From a virus (Duplodnaviria; Caudoviricetes): a stretch of 51,905 bases of DNA. How positions within the stretch are numbered: the stretch's first letter is position 1; each line of letters begins with the position of its first letter. Below, piece after piece: positions 31,581-39,627 of the stretch. A model generated the notes under the pieces. The model had not been told where the DNA came from and did not search any database. It saw only the letters and a program-made list of their open reading frames with translations. Position numbers and translations under genes: made by a program. The stretch lies in IMG/VR virus record IMGVR_UViG_3300049026_000006, positions 1-51,905 of that record; one strand, written 5' to 3'.

Positions 31581-33167
31581 ATGGAAATTACCTACGGCTC
31601 GGTCTGCTCGGGCATCGAGGCGGCAACGCTTGCATGGAAGCCGCTCGGCATGCAGGCCGCCTGGTTCGCAGAGATCGAAGCTTTCCCGTCGGCAGTCCTG
31701 GCCCACCACTACCCCAACACGCCGAACCTTGGCGACATGACAAAGCTCGGGGCCCTGGTGCTGGCCGGCAAGATTCCGGCACCCGACGTGCTGGTTGGCG
31801 GCACTCCTTGCCAGGCCTTCAGCGTGGCCGGGATGCGCGAAGGCCTCACCGACCCCCGCGGCGCCCTCACCATCAAATACGTGGAGCTTGCAGATGCAGT
31901 TGACTATGTTCGCGCCGGCCAGCGAAAGCCCGCCAGCGTCATCGTCTGGGAGAACGTCCCCGGCGTCCTCAGTGACAAAGGCAACGCCTTCGGATGCTTT
32001 CTTGGCGCGCTTGCTGGGGAAGACTGCGAATTGCAGCCTTCAGGGAAGAAATGGCCGAACGCTGGTTGTGTGTATGGACCCAAAAGAACAATCGCGTGGC
32101 GGGTCCTGGACGCCCAATATTTCGGACTGGCCCAACGACGCCGTCGTGTGTTCGTTGTCGCAAGTGCTCGAGACGGATTCGATCCCACCGAGGTACTTTT
32201 TGAGCGAGAAGGCGTGCGCCGGGATACTGCGCCGGTCCGAGGCCAGGGGCAAGACGTTACCGGAACAGCTCCTTTCGGCCCTTCGCTCCAGTGCGGATGT
32301 GGCTACGTCTTCCCTGAATCCCTAGGCCAATACGGCTGCCCGAACTGCGAGGGCGACGAAGGGCCGGCGGTGAGTATGTTCGGCGGGATACCGGCGTTCG
32401 GCGGCCACAGCCTGTATGGGTCGATCGAGCGGGCCGCCACGCTAACCGCGAAGGACAGCCGGCTGGATGTCGAAAGCGAGACGTTCTTTGTCGCGCCAAC
32501 TCTCGCCGGCGGCGCGCGCAAGTCCGGCGGCTACAGCTACGACGATGTGCCAGTTGTTGCCGCAACCCTGGATGCAAGCTTCGGACGCCTCCAAGGCTGC
32601 TCTGGCCAGGACGCCAACCATGGACACAGCCACCTGGTGGTGCATGGCACGCAAGACCCGTGCGTGCTGGCGGACCAAGCCCATGCCCTCGGGCGGAATA
32701 GTGGCCAGGAGAACGCCGTCTTCGCTATCCAGGCTGGTGCGACCCGAGCCAACCCACTCAGTGGGCCTGACGGGGTTGGCGTCCAAGAGGGCTTGGCCTA
32801 CACAATCGAAGCGCGGTCGGAGGTGCAGATGATCGCGGCGTTCGCTGAAAACTCGCGGGCTGAGGTTCGCTATGAAAATGGTGACGGTTCAATCGCCGGA
32901 TCTTTGAGCGGCGGCGGCGGAAAGGCAGGACAAGGAATGCCGACAGCCGTAATCGGGTCGGGTGTCCGCCGACTAACGCCGCGCGAATGCGAACGACTCC
33001 AGGGCATGCCCGATGACTACACGCTGATCCCGTGGCGCGGCAAGCCCGCCGAGGACTGCCCGGACGGACCGCGCTACAAGGCCATCGGAAACAGCAAGGC
33101 GGTCCCCGTCGTTCGCTGGATCGGGCAGAGCATCCTCAAACAGATCACACCCAGCCCGTACGGATGA
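31581..33167 (+). CDS. DNA cytosine-C5 methyltransferase
   Basis: Motif I SVCSGIEA, IV GGTPCQAFS, VI WENVPG, VIII QRRRRVF, IX RRLTPRECERLQG, X YKAIGNS. Confidence 0.95.
   Translation: MEITYGSVCSGIEAATLAWKPLGMQAAWFAEIEAFPSAVLAHHYPNTPNLGDMTKLGALVLAGKIPAPDVLVGGTPCQAFSVAGMREGLTDPRGALTIKYVELADAVDYVRAGQRKPASVIVWENVPGVLSDKGNAFGCFLGALAGEDCELQPSGKKWPNAGCVYGPKRTIAWRVLDAQYFGLAQRRRRVFVVASARDGFDPTEVLFEREGVRRDTAPVRGQGQDVTGTAPFGPSLQCGCGYVFPESLGQYGCPNCEGDEGPAVSMFGGIPAFGGHSLYGSIERAATLTAKDSRLDVESETFFVAPTLAGGARKSGGYSYDDVPVVAATLDASFGRLQGCSGQDANHGHSHLVVHGTQDPCVLADQAHALGRNSGQENAVFAIQAGATRANPLSGPDGVGVQEGLAYTIEARSEVQMIAAFAENSRAEVRYENGDGSIAGSLSGGGGKAGQGMPTAVIGSGVRRLTPRECERLQGMPDDYTLIPWRGKPAEDCPDGPRYKAIGNSKAVPVVRWIGQSILKQITPSPYG
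31894..32325 (+). CDS. Nested out-of-frame ORF, candidate beta subunit of the C5 methyltransferase
   Basis: +1 frame; GGAG 7 nt before the ATG; C-terminal CSLSQVLETDSIPPRYFLSEKACAGILRR. Confidence 0.6.
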   Translation: MQLTMFAPASESPPASSSGRTSPASSVTKATPSDAFLARLLGKTANCSLQGRNGRTLVVCMDPKEQSRGGSWTPNISDWPNDAVVCSLSQVLETDSIPPRYFLSEKACAGILRRSEARGKTLPEQLLSALRSSADVATSSLNP

Positions 33168-33228
33168 TCGCATCGATCAGTCGAACAACGGCGGCGATCA
33201 GTTTTACCCATGCAGTGAGACGTTTCAT
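33145..33228 (-). CDS. 27-aa amphipathic cationic peptide, antisense to the PL operon
   Basis: MKRLTAWVKLIAAVVRLIDAIIRTGWV; AAGGG upstream; occupies an otherwise unexplained gap. Confidence 0.5.
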   Translation of the reverse strand: MKRLTAWVKLIAAVVRLIDAIIRTGWV

Positions 33229-33356
33229 TGTTTGAGCCCTTTGGCGTTATCGAAGCCAACGAACTCAACGATGAATCGGAAGATGTCGTAGAACAGCGCG
33301 ATTTTTCGTAACCCCCACTCCACCGCCCGGGCATGCCCCGGCAAAGGACGCCAATC

Positions 33357-33944
33357 GTGATCAACCTCTTCTGGCGAATCATCGCCAAGGTACTCGCGCG
33401 CCAAGCCATCTCCGACTGGCTCATCACCCGCGCCAAGCTCACCCCGTACCAGCACATCATGTCCGCCGACGGCCAGGAGATGTACATGGGTCGCTGGTGG
33501 CTGTTCAACCCGTACAGCCGGAAGACGCATAAGCCCTCGCTGTGGTGGTGTCCCTGGTCTTTCCGCATCCACCACATCATGCGCCCGGACGCTGACCGGG
33601 ATCTGCACGACCATCCTTGGAACGCCAGAACCATCATCCTGCGCGGTTGGTACAACGAGCAGCGGCCCGCCAGTGACAAATGGAAGAAGGCGGTCATATC
33701 GGGAATGGTCGCAGATCCCGACCCCTGGGTCGTCGACTGGGTAATGAAGGACGCTTGCGAATGGATCAGGCGTGACTCCGGAGACACCGCTCAGCTACGG
33801 CACGGCGAATACCACCGCATCGATCGGGTATCCCCCGGCGGGGTCATCACCCTCTTCATCACCAGCAAGTGGCGCGGTGACTGGGGATTCCTCGTAAACG
33901 GCGTGAAGGTGCCATGGCGCACCTACACCAACACCGACAACTGA
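33357..33944 (+). CDS. Cupin-like phage protein
   Basis: IHHIMRPDADRDLHDHPW...EYHRI...WGF metal-binding His pattern. Confidence 0.7.
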   Translation: MINLFWRIIAKVLARQAISDWLITRAKLTPYQHIMSADGQEMYMGRWWLFNPYSRKTHKPSLWWCPWSFRIHHIMRPDADRDLHDHPWNARTIILRGWYNEQRPASDKWKKAVISGMVADPDPWVVDWVMKDACEWIRRDSGDTAQLRHGEYHRIDRVSPGGVITLFITSKWRGDWGFLVNGVKVPWRTYTNTDN

Positions 33945-33956
33945 TTGGAGGTGCTC

Positions 33957-34082
33957 ATGATCCGCCAATACCGATTCAGCGAGCTCATGGCCCGCCTGAC
34001 CAGCGAGCAGTGGACGGTCATCCAGGATGATCGAGGCAATTTCCTGTTTATGCATTCAGCCTACAAAAGCCGGAGGTTGTGA
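33957..34082 (+). CDS. 41-aa hypothetical protein
   Basis: GGAGGT RBS; MIRQYRFSELMARL. Confidence 0.55.
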   Translation: MIRQYRFSELMARLTSEQWTVIQDDRGNFLFMHSAYKSRRL

Positions 34083-34183
34083 TGGAGTGGGTTCTCGCTG
34101 GCTGGATCCTCATAAATATCTTGGTAGCCGCTGCGCTGCCTGTTATCAGCGTTAAGCCCCAGGAGGGTGTATGGAAAGCGTGA
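34082..34183 (+). CDS. 33-aa membrane peptide
   Basis: GGAGG RBS; TGATG coupling; MEWVLAGWILINILVAAALPVI. Confidence 0.45.
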   Translation: MEWVLAGWILINILVAAALPVISVKPQEGVWKA

Positions 34184-34548
34184 AGCGTTATTGGAGTAGC
34201 GAAGTATTTGGTCTAGGCATTACGCAGGATAAATGGATCCGCGCTGCCGACTTCGACCGCGTGTCCGCCGAGCGTGACGCCCTGCAGCTGCTGCTGAACG
34301 AGCGCGACGAACAGAACCACAGCCTGGAGCAGCGGCGCAAGACAGAACAGCAGGCGGGCATGGCGGCAGAGCGACGGGTTGAGGAGTTGGGTGCGCGCAT
34401 TTCCGAGACCTCCGCAAAGCTTGAGCTTGCCGCAAGCATGATGGACGACGATGTGCGCGGCAATCGATTTGCCGAGGTGTGCCGTCTCGCCATTTCCGCC
34501 CTCAAACCAACCGCCGAGGCTGAAAGCCATGTGGACTGCGGTTCGTGA
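34171..34548 (+). CDS. Coiled-coil hypothetical protein
   Basis: AGGAGG RBS; AADFDRVSAERDALQ. Confidence 0.7.
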   Translation: MESVKRYWSSEVFGLGITQDKWIRAADFDRVSAERDALQLLLNERDEQNHSLEQRRKTEQQAGMAAERRVEELGARISETSAKLELAASMMDDDVRGNRFAEVCRLAISALKPTAEAESHVDCGS

Positions 34549-34607
34549 CGAAATATTACCGACGGCTGCAAAGGCAAATGCCAGCGATCCGAAGAATGGA
34601 GCAAGCC

Positions 34608-34784
34608 GTGAAGATAAATATAAACGGTAACCACATCGTTGCGGCTGTCATCGCCCTTCTTGTATGGGTTTTCTTGCTACCGGCGTGGCCTTCCCTATTT
34701 GTTTTCATACTTGGTCAATGCGCCGCGACTTACCTCACAAGTTTCCTGGAAGAATTAAACGAGGCTGAAAGCCATGACCAATAA
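34608..34784 (+). CDS. Small membrane protein (AT-richer insert)
   Basis: GTG start after GGAG; two hydrophobic stretches. Confidence 0.5.
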   Translation: MKININGNHIVAAVIALLVWVFLLPAWPSLFVFILGQCAATYLTSFLEELNEAESHDQ

Positions 34785-35931
34785 AATCGATAAATTCGAC
34801 GGCAACCACGGCGGCCCACGCTGCGCCGATCCTGGCTGCTGGAATGATGAGCCTGTGCCGCCTGCTGGCTATGCACCATGCTCTCCCGAACTGCTGCAAT
34901 CCGGCGTCGATTGCGCAACCGCGCCGCGCTGGTCGAGCCATAAATGGGACGGCCATTCGCATTGGCATCCTGTGCCGCCTGCTGGCGGGGATGTGGAAGA
35001 GTTAGCGCCCGATGCTGCCAAGGCAATGCAAGCCGCGCACAATAGCTGCCCATTGCAGTTGTCGGGTATGGATCGCATGGCCTGGATAGCTGATCATTTT
35101 CAGCGCTGGTATGTGTGCAGCACAAAGCCGAGCATTACCGACGCGTTGCAGAAACGTATCAAGGAGTTGGTTGACATACACGGCAGTCTGCGTTCCGTAT
35201 CCCGTCACACCGGTATCGATGTTGGGTACTTGTCCCGTTTGGACAGCGGCGAACGGGACAACCCGAGCGTTGAGGTTCTTTCTATGCTTGGCGTGGCCGT
35301 ACTGGATAATGGCGCTCACGTCACCCGGCTACAGGCTGAGGTGGAACGGTTGAACGGCGTGCATTCAGAAGCTGGCCGTTTGTACCTTGAGTTGGCAGCC
35401 AAACGCGACGCCCTGCAATCCGAACTGACCAAGGCGCGGGAGTTGGTTGTGGAAGGGCTCAAGCACATTGGCTACCTGTCGAATACAGTTTTACAGTGCA
35501 GCCAAGGCGACGGGCTTGCAGCAGCGAACGAACGATGCGCCTTGGCTTATGCGGCCCTCAGCTTCAATCAACGGGCTCAAATCCTTCTCTCCAACCAATC
35601 CGCGCCAGCCGACAAGGGGCAGGGCGAACCGGTGGCGTGGATGTACAAGGAATACGTGTGGGCAACTGGCCTTGGTGGCTACGTTTGGCGCGACAAGATC
35701 GAGCGCGAAGCCCCTGACCTAGCCGCGTCGAGCATCAAGGATTTGACTGCGCTCTACGCCGCCCCGCCAGCGCCGGTAGCGGTGCCTCGCCTAGAAATGG
35801 CGAACGTCGTCAGGTCGCACATGGAAATTGCAGGATGCCCAGTGCTGACTAGTAATCAATGCCATGCGCTGGCCATGAAGCTGAACGCCTGCCTCGACGA
35901 AGCCGCCCGCCTCAACCCAATCAAGCAGTAA
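34774..35931 (+). CDS. Mosaic hypothetical protein with internal HTH and coiled coil
   Basis: GSLRSVSRHTGIDVGYLSRLDSGERDNPS HTH; PVPPAG duplication; QGEPVAW module. Confidence 0.7.
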   Translation: MTNKIDKFDGNHGGPRCADPGCWNDEPVPPAGYAPCSPELLQSGVDCATAPRWSSHKWDGHSHWHPVPPAGGDVEELAPDAAKAMQAAHNSCPLQLSGMDRMAWIADHFQRWYVCSTKPSITDALQKRIKELVDIHGSLRSVSRHTGIDVGYLSRLDSGERDNPSVEVLSMLGVAVLDNGAHVTRLQAEVERLNGVHSEAGRLYLELAAKRDALQSELTKARELVVEGLKHIGYLSNTVLQCSQGDGLAAANERCALAYAALSFNQRAQILLSNQSAPADKGQGEPVAWMYKEYVWATGLGGYVWRDKIEREAPDLAASSIKDLTALYAAPPAPVAVPRLEMANVVRSHMEIAGCPVLTSNQCHALAMKLNACLDEAARLNPIKQ

Positions 35932-35981
35932 CCCCTCCCCCTTCAAAGTCAGCCGCTATAGCGGCAAGGACGAGCTCGACC

Positions 35982-36416
35982 ATGGAAAAGAACAAACTCG
36001 GTCCGGACCATTACCGCTATGTCGACGAAATGGACCCACAAGGTTTGGAAGTCATCTGCAAAAAATACGTGGTTATCGGTGAAACCGATCAGTGCTGGTA
36101 CATCGTGGAGGAATTCCACAACAGCCTCTTCGGCGGCCCGCATCGTGAGTCGATGCTGAAGCAGTACCGCAAGCGCGTGCTGAAAGATGGCGGCGAGCAC
36201 GGCCGGCGATTCGCCTACACCGATAAGGCCTTGGCGCTGCGCTCGTACAAACACCGCAAGTCCTGGCAGATGCGCCATGCCCAGCTTTCGCTTGAGCGCG
36301 CCCAGGCCGCCATTGCGTACTTCGGCGACGCCAAAACTGAAAGCGCCGTGCCAGCAAACCGCTTGGTGATTCCTTGCGAATACATTCAATCCATGAACTG
36401 GAGCGAATGCTGGTGA
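35982..36416 (+). CDS. Hypothetical phage protein
   Basis: AAGGA RBS; RRFAYTDKALALRSY. Confidence 0.7.
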   Translation: MEKNKLGPDHYRYVDEMDPQGLEVICKKYVVIGETDQCWYIVEEFHNSLFGGPHRESMLKQYRKRVLKDGGEHGRRFAYTDKALALRSYKHRKSWQMRHAQLSLERAQAAIAYFGDAKTESAVPANRLVIPCEYIQSMNWSECW

Positions 36417-36781
36417 CCGACCACACCGAACTGAAGCGGCTAGCCATGGCTGCGCCAGCCGGGCCCTGGTATCAGCATGGCGGAATCAAGCAGGTCGTCG
36501 ACCGTGACTGTGAGGCTGTCTGCGAAACCTTCGAGGAGGACGGCGACTGCGCTGTCGCTCGCTTCATTGCCGCCGCCAACCCAGCCGCCGTCCGAGCCTT
36601 GATCGACGAGAACGAAGCACTGATCCAGGCGCTCCAAGCCATCACCGCCCAGGTCGACGGCAACATTCGCCCCACCGTCCGTGACTGCGTAAACGGGCAG
36701 AACAACGTCCAGGACATCTATGGCTACTGCGATCAGATCGAATCGATTGCAGCGGCAGCGATGAAGGAGCCACAGCCATGA
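36413..36781 (+). CDS. Ead/Ea22-like protein
   Basis: TELKRLAMAAPAGPW...ARFIAAANPAAVRALIDE. Confidence 0.75.
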   Translation: MTDHTELKRLAMAAPAGPWYQHGGIKQVVDRDCEAVCETFEEDGDCAVARFIAAANPAAVRALIDENEALIQALQAITAQVDGNIRPTVRDCVNGQNNVQDIYGYCDQIESIAAAAMKEPQP

Positions 36782-37023
36782 ATCACCGACTAAAAGCTGC
36801 ATGGGTCGCCGCCCGCACATCCGCCAAGCGCGAAGCAGGTCTCTTCATCGCAATGATGATCTTTGCGCTTGTCGTCGCGCTGGTCGCCGCTCCGATAGTC
36901 CTGCTGTTCCAATTCCTACCCGGCTGGGCATGGCTGGTGCTGTTTGGAATCGGCGTTATCTGGATGATCTTCGGCGAGACGATTACAGCCGCCATCAATG
37001 CCTATCGAGGAGAACAGCCATGA
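36778..37023 (+). CDS. Two-TM membrane protein
   Basis: ATGA coupling; two long hydrophobic segments. Confidence 0.65.
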   Translation: MNHRLKAAWVAARTSAKREAGLFIAMMIFALVVALVAAPIVLLFQFLPGWAWLVLFGIGVIWMIFGETITAAINAYRGEQP

Positions 37024-37072
37024 TCCTCCCCCCGCTCTACATGGCCTGGCTCATCTACAGGGGGCCGAGGCC

Positions 37073-37579
37073 ATGAGTGGAATGATTGGCGCCCGAGAGA
37101 CTCAGCCGAAGCACAAGAGCGTCGAGTGGTACACGCCCGCCTGGATATTCGAACGGCTCGGCCTGCAGTTCGACCTCGACCCATCCAGCCCGCACGACTA
37201 TGTGACGGCGGTACCGGCAAAGACGAAGTACACGATCTTCGATGACGGCCTATCGAAGGAATGGTCGGGCCGGGTTTGGATGAACCCACCCTACGGACCG
37301 GACACAGGTTTCTGGATGCGGCGCCTGGTCGATCACGGTGACGGAATTGCGTTGGTGTTCAGTCGTACCGATGCCGAGTGGTTCCAGGAAGCAATGGCCT
37401 GCGCCTCGGCGACCCTGCTGATAAAGGGCCGCATCGCCTTTGTGCCTGGACATGAGAACAGTCACAAGAAGGGCCGCTCGGGAGCCGGTAGTGCGATGTT
37501 TGCTTTCGGCGATGAATGCGCGATCGCGCTGCAAGGCTTGGCAGATCTCGGTGTTCTGGTACCGCGAATCACTGCTTGA
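37073..37579 (+). CDS. Phage DNA N6-adenine methyltransferase (Dam-like, phage type)
   Basis: EWYTP, FDLDP, DDGL...W.GRVWMNPPY, RTDAEWF and GRIAF motifs. Confidence 0.9.
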   Translation: MSGMIGARETQPKHKSVEWYTPAWIFERLGLQFDLDPSSPHDYVTAVPAKTKYTIFDDGLSKEWSGRVWMNPPYGPDTGFWMRRLVDHGDGIALVFSRTDAEWFQEAMACASATLLIKGRIAFVPGHENSHKKGRSGAGSAMFAFGDECAIALQGLADLGVLVPRITA

Positions 37580-37636
37580 CCTCCTAACCCCAATCCACCT
37601 ACAGCCTGCCGGTGAACGGCGGGCGAGGAATTCTGC

Positions 37637-37960
37637 ATGCCAAAAGTAATGCAATCGGTCGCAGACCCGGGCGCGGAACACGGCTTCCGAGTAGAGCCTG
37701 CAACATATGAGCAGGCCGAAGCGGTAGCAGGGTTCAGGCTTGATCGGCGCCGCAAGTACTGGATAACCGAGGAAGGCGAAGTCGAGGAGCAAGGCGTCGT
37801 GACCCTGTCCTGTAGCGGGTGCAGTTGCGGATGTGAGGGTGGATGCAGTTGCGGCCCATCGTCCGGATGCAGCGAGTGCGGCTACACGGGCAAACGGCGC
37901 TTTCACTTCGGGTACCCCGCTCAATCCCCCGAGCAGCGAAAAGAACTTCGGAACCTTTAA
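37637..37960 (+). CDS. Cys-rich zinc-binding protein
   Basis: CSGCSCGCEGGCSCGPSSGCSECGYTG; GAGGA RBS. Confidence 0.65.
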   Translation: MPKVMQSVADPGAEHGFRVEPATYEQAEAVAGFRLDRRRKYWITEEGEVEEQGVVTLSCSGCSCGCEGGCSCGPSSGCSECGYTGKRRFHFGYPAQSPEQRKELRNL

Positions 37961-37995
37961 CCACCTTCTGCCGCTGCGCGGCATGGAGCACACAC

Positions 37996-38181
37996 ATGGC
38001 AACTGCAGAACTGCACGGCCAGAAGATCAACCCGTTCGAGCAGGGGTACGCGGCCTTCCTCAAGGGCGTGAGCATCAAGCAGAACCCGTTCGAAACGGAA
38101 AACGACACGTTGCCGGCCTCCAAGCGGAGGTGGGTGGATGGGTGGAATAAGGCGCAACGTGAAACTGGGAGAAGGGCATGA
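37996..38181 (+). CDS. Rmf/CrpP-fold-like small protein
   Basis: FEQGYAAF..G...NPF...WVDGW pattern; GGAG RBS. Confidence 0.55.
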   Translation: MATAELHGQKINPFEQGYAAFLKGVSIKQNPFETENDTLPASKRRWVDGWNKAQRETGRRA

Positions 38182-38567
38182 ATGCAGAGATCGCGCTACT
38201 CCCGCGCTTCATCCGGGCGAAGCAGGCGCCGGCCTATCTCGGCATGTGCCGGGCGGTGTTCGACGCCGAGGTTCGCCCTCACGTCCACGAATTTCCCATC
38301 GGGGAGCGTGGCGTTGGGTTTGATCGGCAGGAGCTGGACGACTGGGCCTCGGCCTATGTTGAGGCAAAGTCCATTGATAAAAAGCGCGCCCCGGAGCAAC
38401 AATCGCCCCGCAGCGAGCGCCAGCAAGGAGATAAACCATGGCGCGAAAATCGATCACAGGCCTCTCCCAAAGGAAAGGTATCTGGCATATCGACAAGAAG
38501 ATCAACGGCGAAAGACTTTACGAATCTACTGGCACAACTGACCGACAGGAAGCAGAGCGGTACCTGA
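38178..38567 (+). CDS. xis: Excisionase / AlpA-like recombination directionality factor
   Basis: PRFIRAKQAPAYLGMCRAVFD...FDRQELDDW winged-helix pattern; upstream of and overlapping int. Confidence 0.7.
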   Translation: MNAEIALLPRFIRAKQAPAYLGMCRAVFDAEVRPHVHEFPIGERGVGFDRQELDDWASAYVEAKSIDKKRAPEQQSPRSERQQGDKPWRENRSQASPKGKVSGISTRRSTAKDFTNLLAQLTDRKQSGT

Positions 38568-39616
38568 TCTTCAGGCTGGAGCAGATCCGGCAACAGAAGG
38601 TTTACGGCGTCCGAGAGGTGCGAACGTGGCGGGATGCCGCGATGCGATTCCTTGTAGAAATCAAGGATCAACCCTCGTTCAAGCTTTCCGCGCATCACAT
38701 CGCCCAGCTGGACCCGTTCATCGGCGACATGCCGCTGACCCACATTGATGACCAGGCCCTGGCGCCTTTCATCAAGGACAGGCTGGCGACAAAGAAGCTG
38801 GAGAGCGGGAAGGTAAAGAAGGGAGTCAGCAACAGAACGGTGAATATCTCGATCGAGCGTGTGGTTCGGGTTTTATCGTTGTGTGCCAGGAAGTGGCGAG
38901 ACGATGAGCGCAGGCCGTGGCTGGACAGCGTGCCGATGCTCACGAAGCTGGAGGAGAAGAAATCGAGCAGGAAGCCCTACCCGATGTCCTGGGCAGAGCA
39001 ATCGATTCTCTTTGCGGAATTGCCGGCTCACCTGCAAACGATGGCGCTGTTCAAGGTGAACACCGGCACCAGGGAGCAGGAGGTCTGCAAGCTGAGGTGG
39101 GATTGGGAAATTTCGGTACCTGAGCTGGGCACCAGTGTGTTTCTGATCCCCGCCGACTTCGGCGGACGCCATGCACGATCCGGCGTGAAGAACGGCGACG
39201 AGCGACTGGTTGTGCTCAACAACGTGGCGAAGTCGATCATCGAGCAGCAGCGGGGCCTGAGCAAGGAATGGGTTTTTCCTTACAACGGCACCGCAATGCA
39301 CCGGATGAACGATTCGGCATGGAAGAAGGCGCGGGTGAGAGCGGCGAAACTCTGGCAGGAGGAAAACCTTCGCCCCGCTCACCCTGGGTATGCATCCATC
39401 AGGATCCATGACCTCAAACACACGTTTGGCCGTCGGCTCCGCGCAGCAGGCGTCACCGAGGAAGATCGTAAAGCTCTTTTGGGCCACAAGAACGGCAGCA
39501 TCACCAGTCACTACTCGGGCGCCGAGCTCGGGCATTTGATTGAAGCTGCGAACATGGTATCAGCAACCGATTCGCGTGGACCGGTGCTGACAATCTTGAA
39601 GAGGAAACAGGCGTGA
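38438..39616 (+). CDS. int: Tyrosine integrase
   Basis: NTGTREQE (R), HDLKHTFG, LLGH, SHYS (Y); adjacent to attP. Confidence 0.95.
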   Translation: MARKSITGLSQRKGIWHIDKKINGERLYESTGTTDRQEAERYLIFRLEQIRQQKVYGVREVRTWRDAAMRFLVEIKDQPSFKLSAHHIAQLDPFIGDMPLTHIDDQALAPFIKDRLATKKLESGKVKKGVSNRTVNISIERVVRVLSLCARKWRDDERRPWLDSVPMLTKLEEKKSSRKPYPMSWAEQSILFAELPAHLQTMALFKVNTGTREQEVCKLRWDWEISVPELGTSVFLIPADFGGRHARSGVKNGDERLVVLNNVAKSIIEQQRGLSKEWVFPYNGTAMHRMNDSAWKKARVRAAKLWQEENLRPAHPGYASIRIHDLKHTFGRRLRAAGVTEEDRKALLGHKNGSITSHYSGAELGHLIEAANMVSATDSRGPVLTILKRKQA

Positions 39617-39627
39617 AAAATCGAGGA

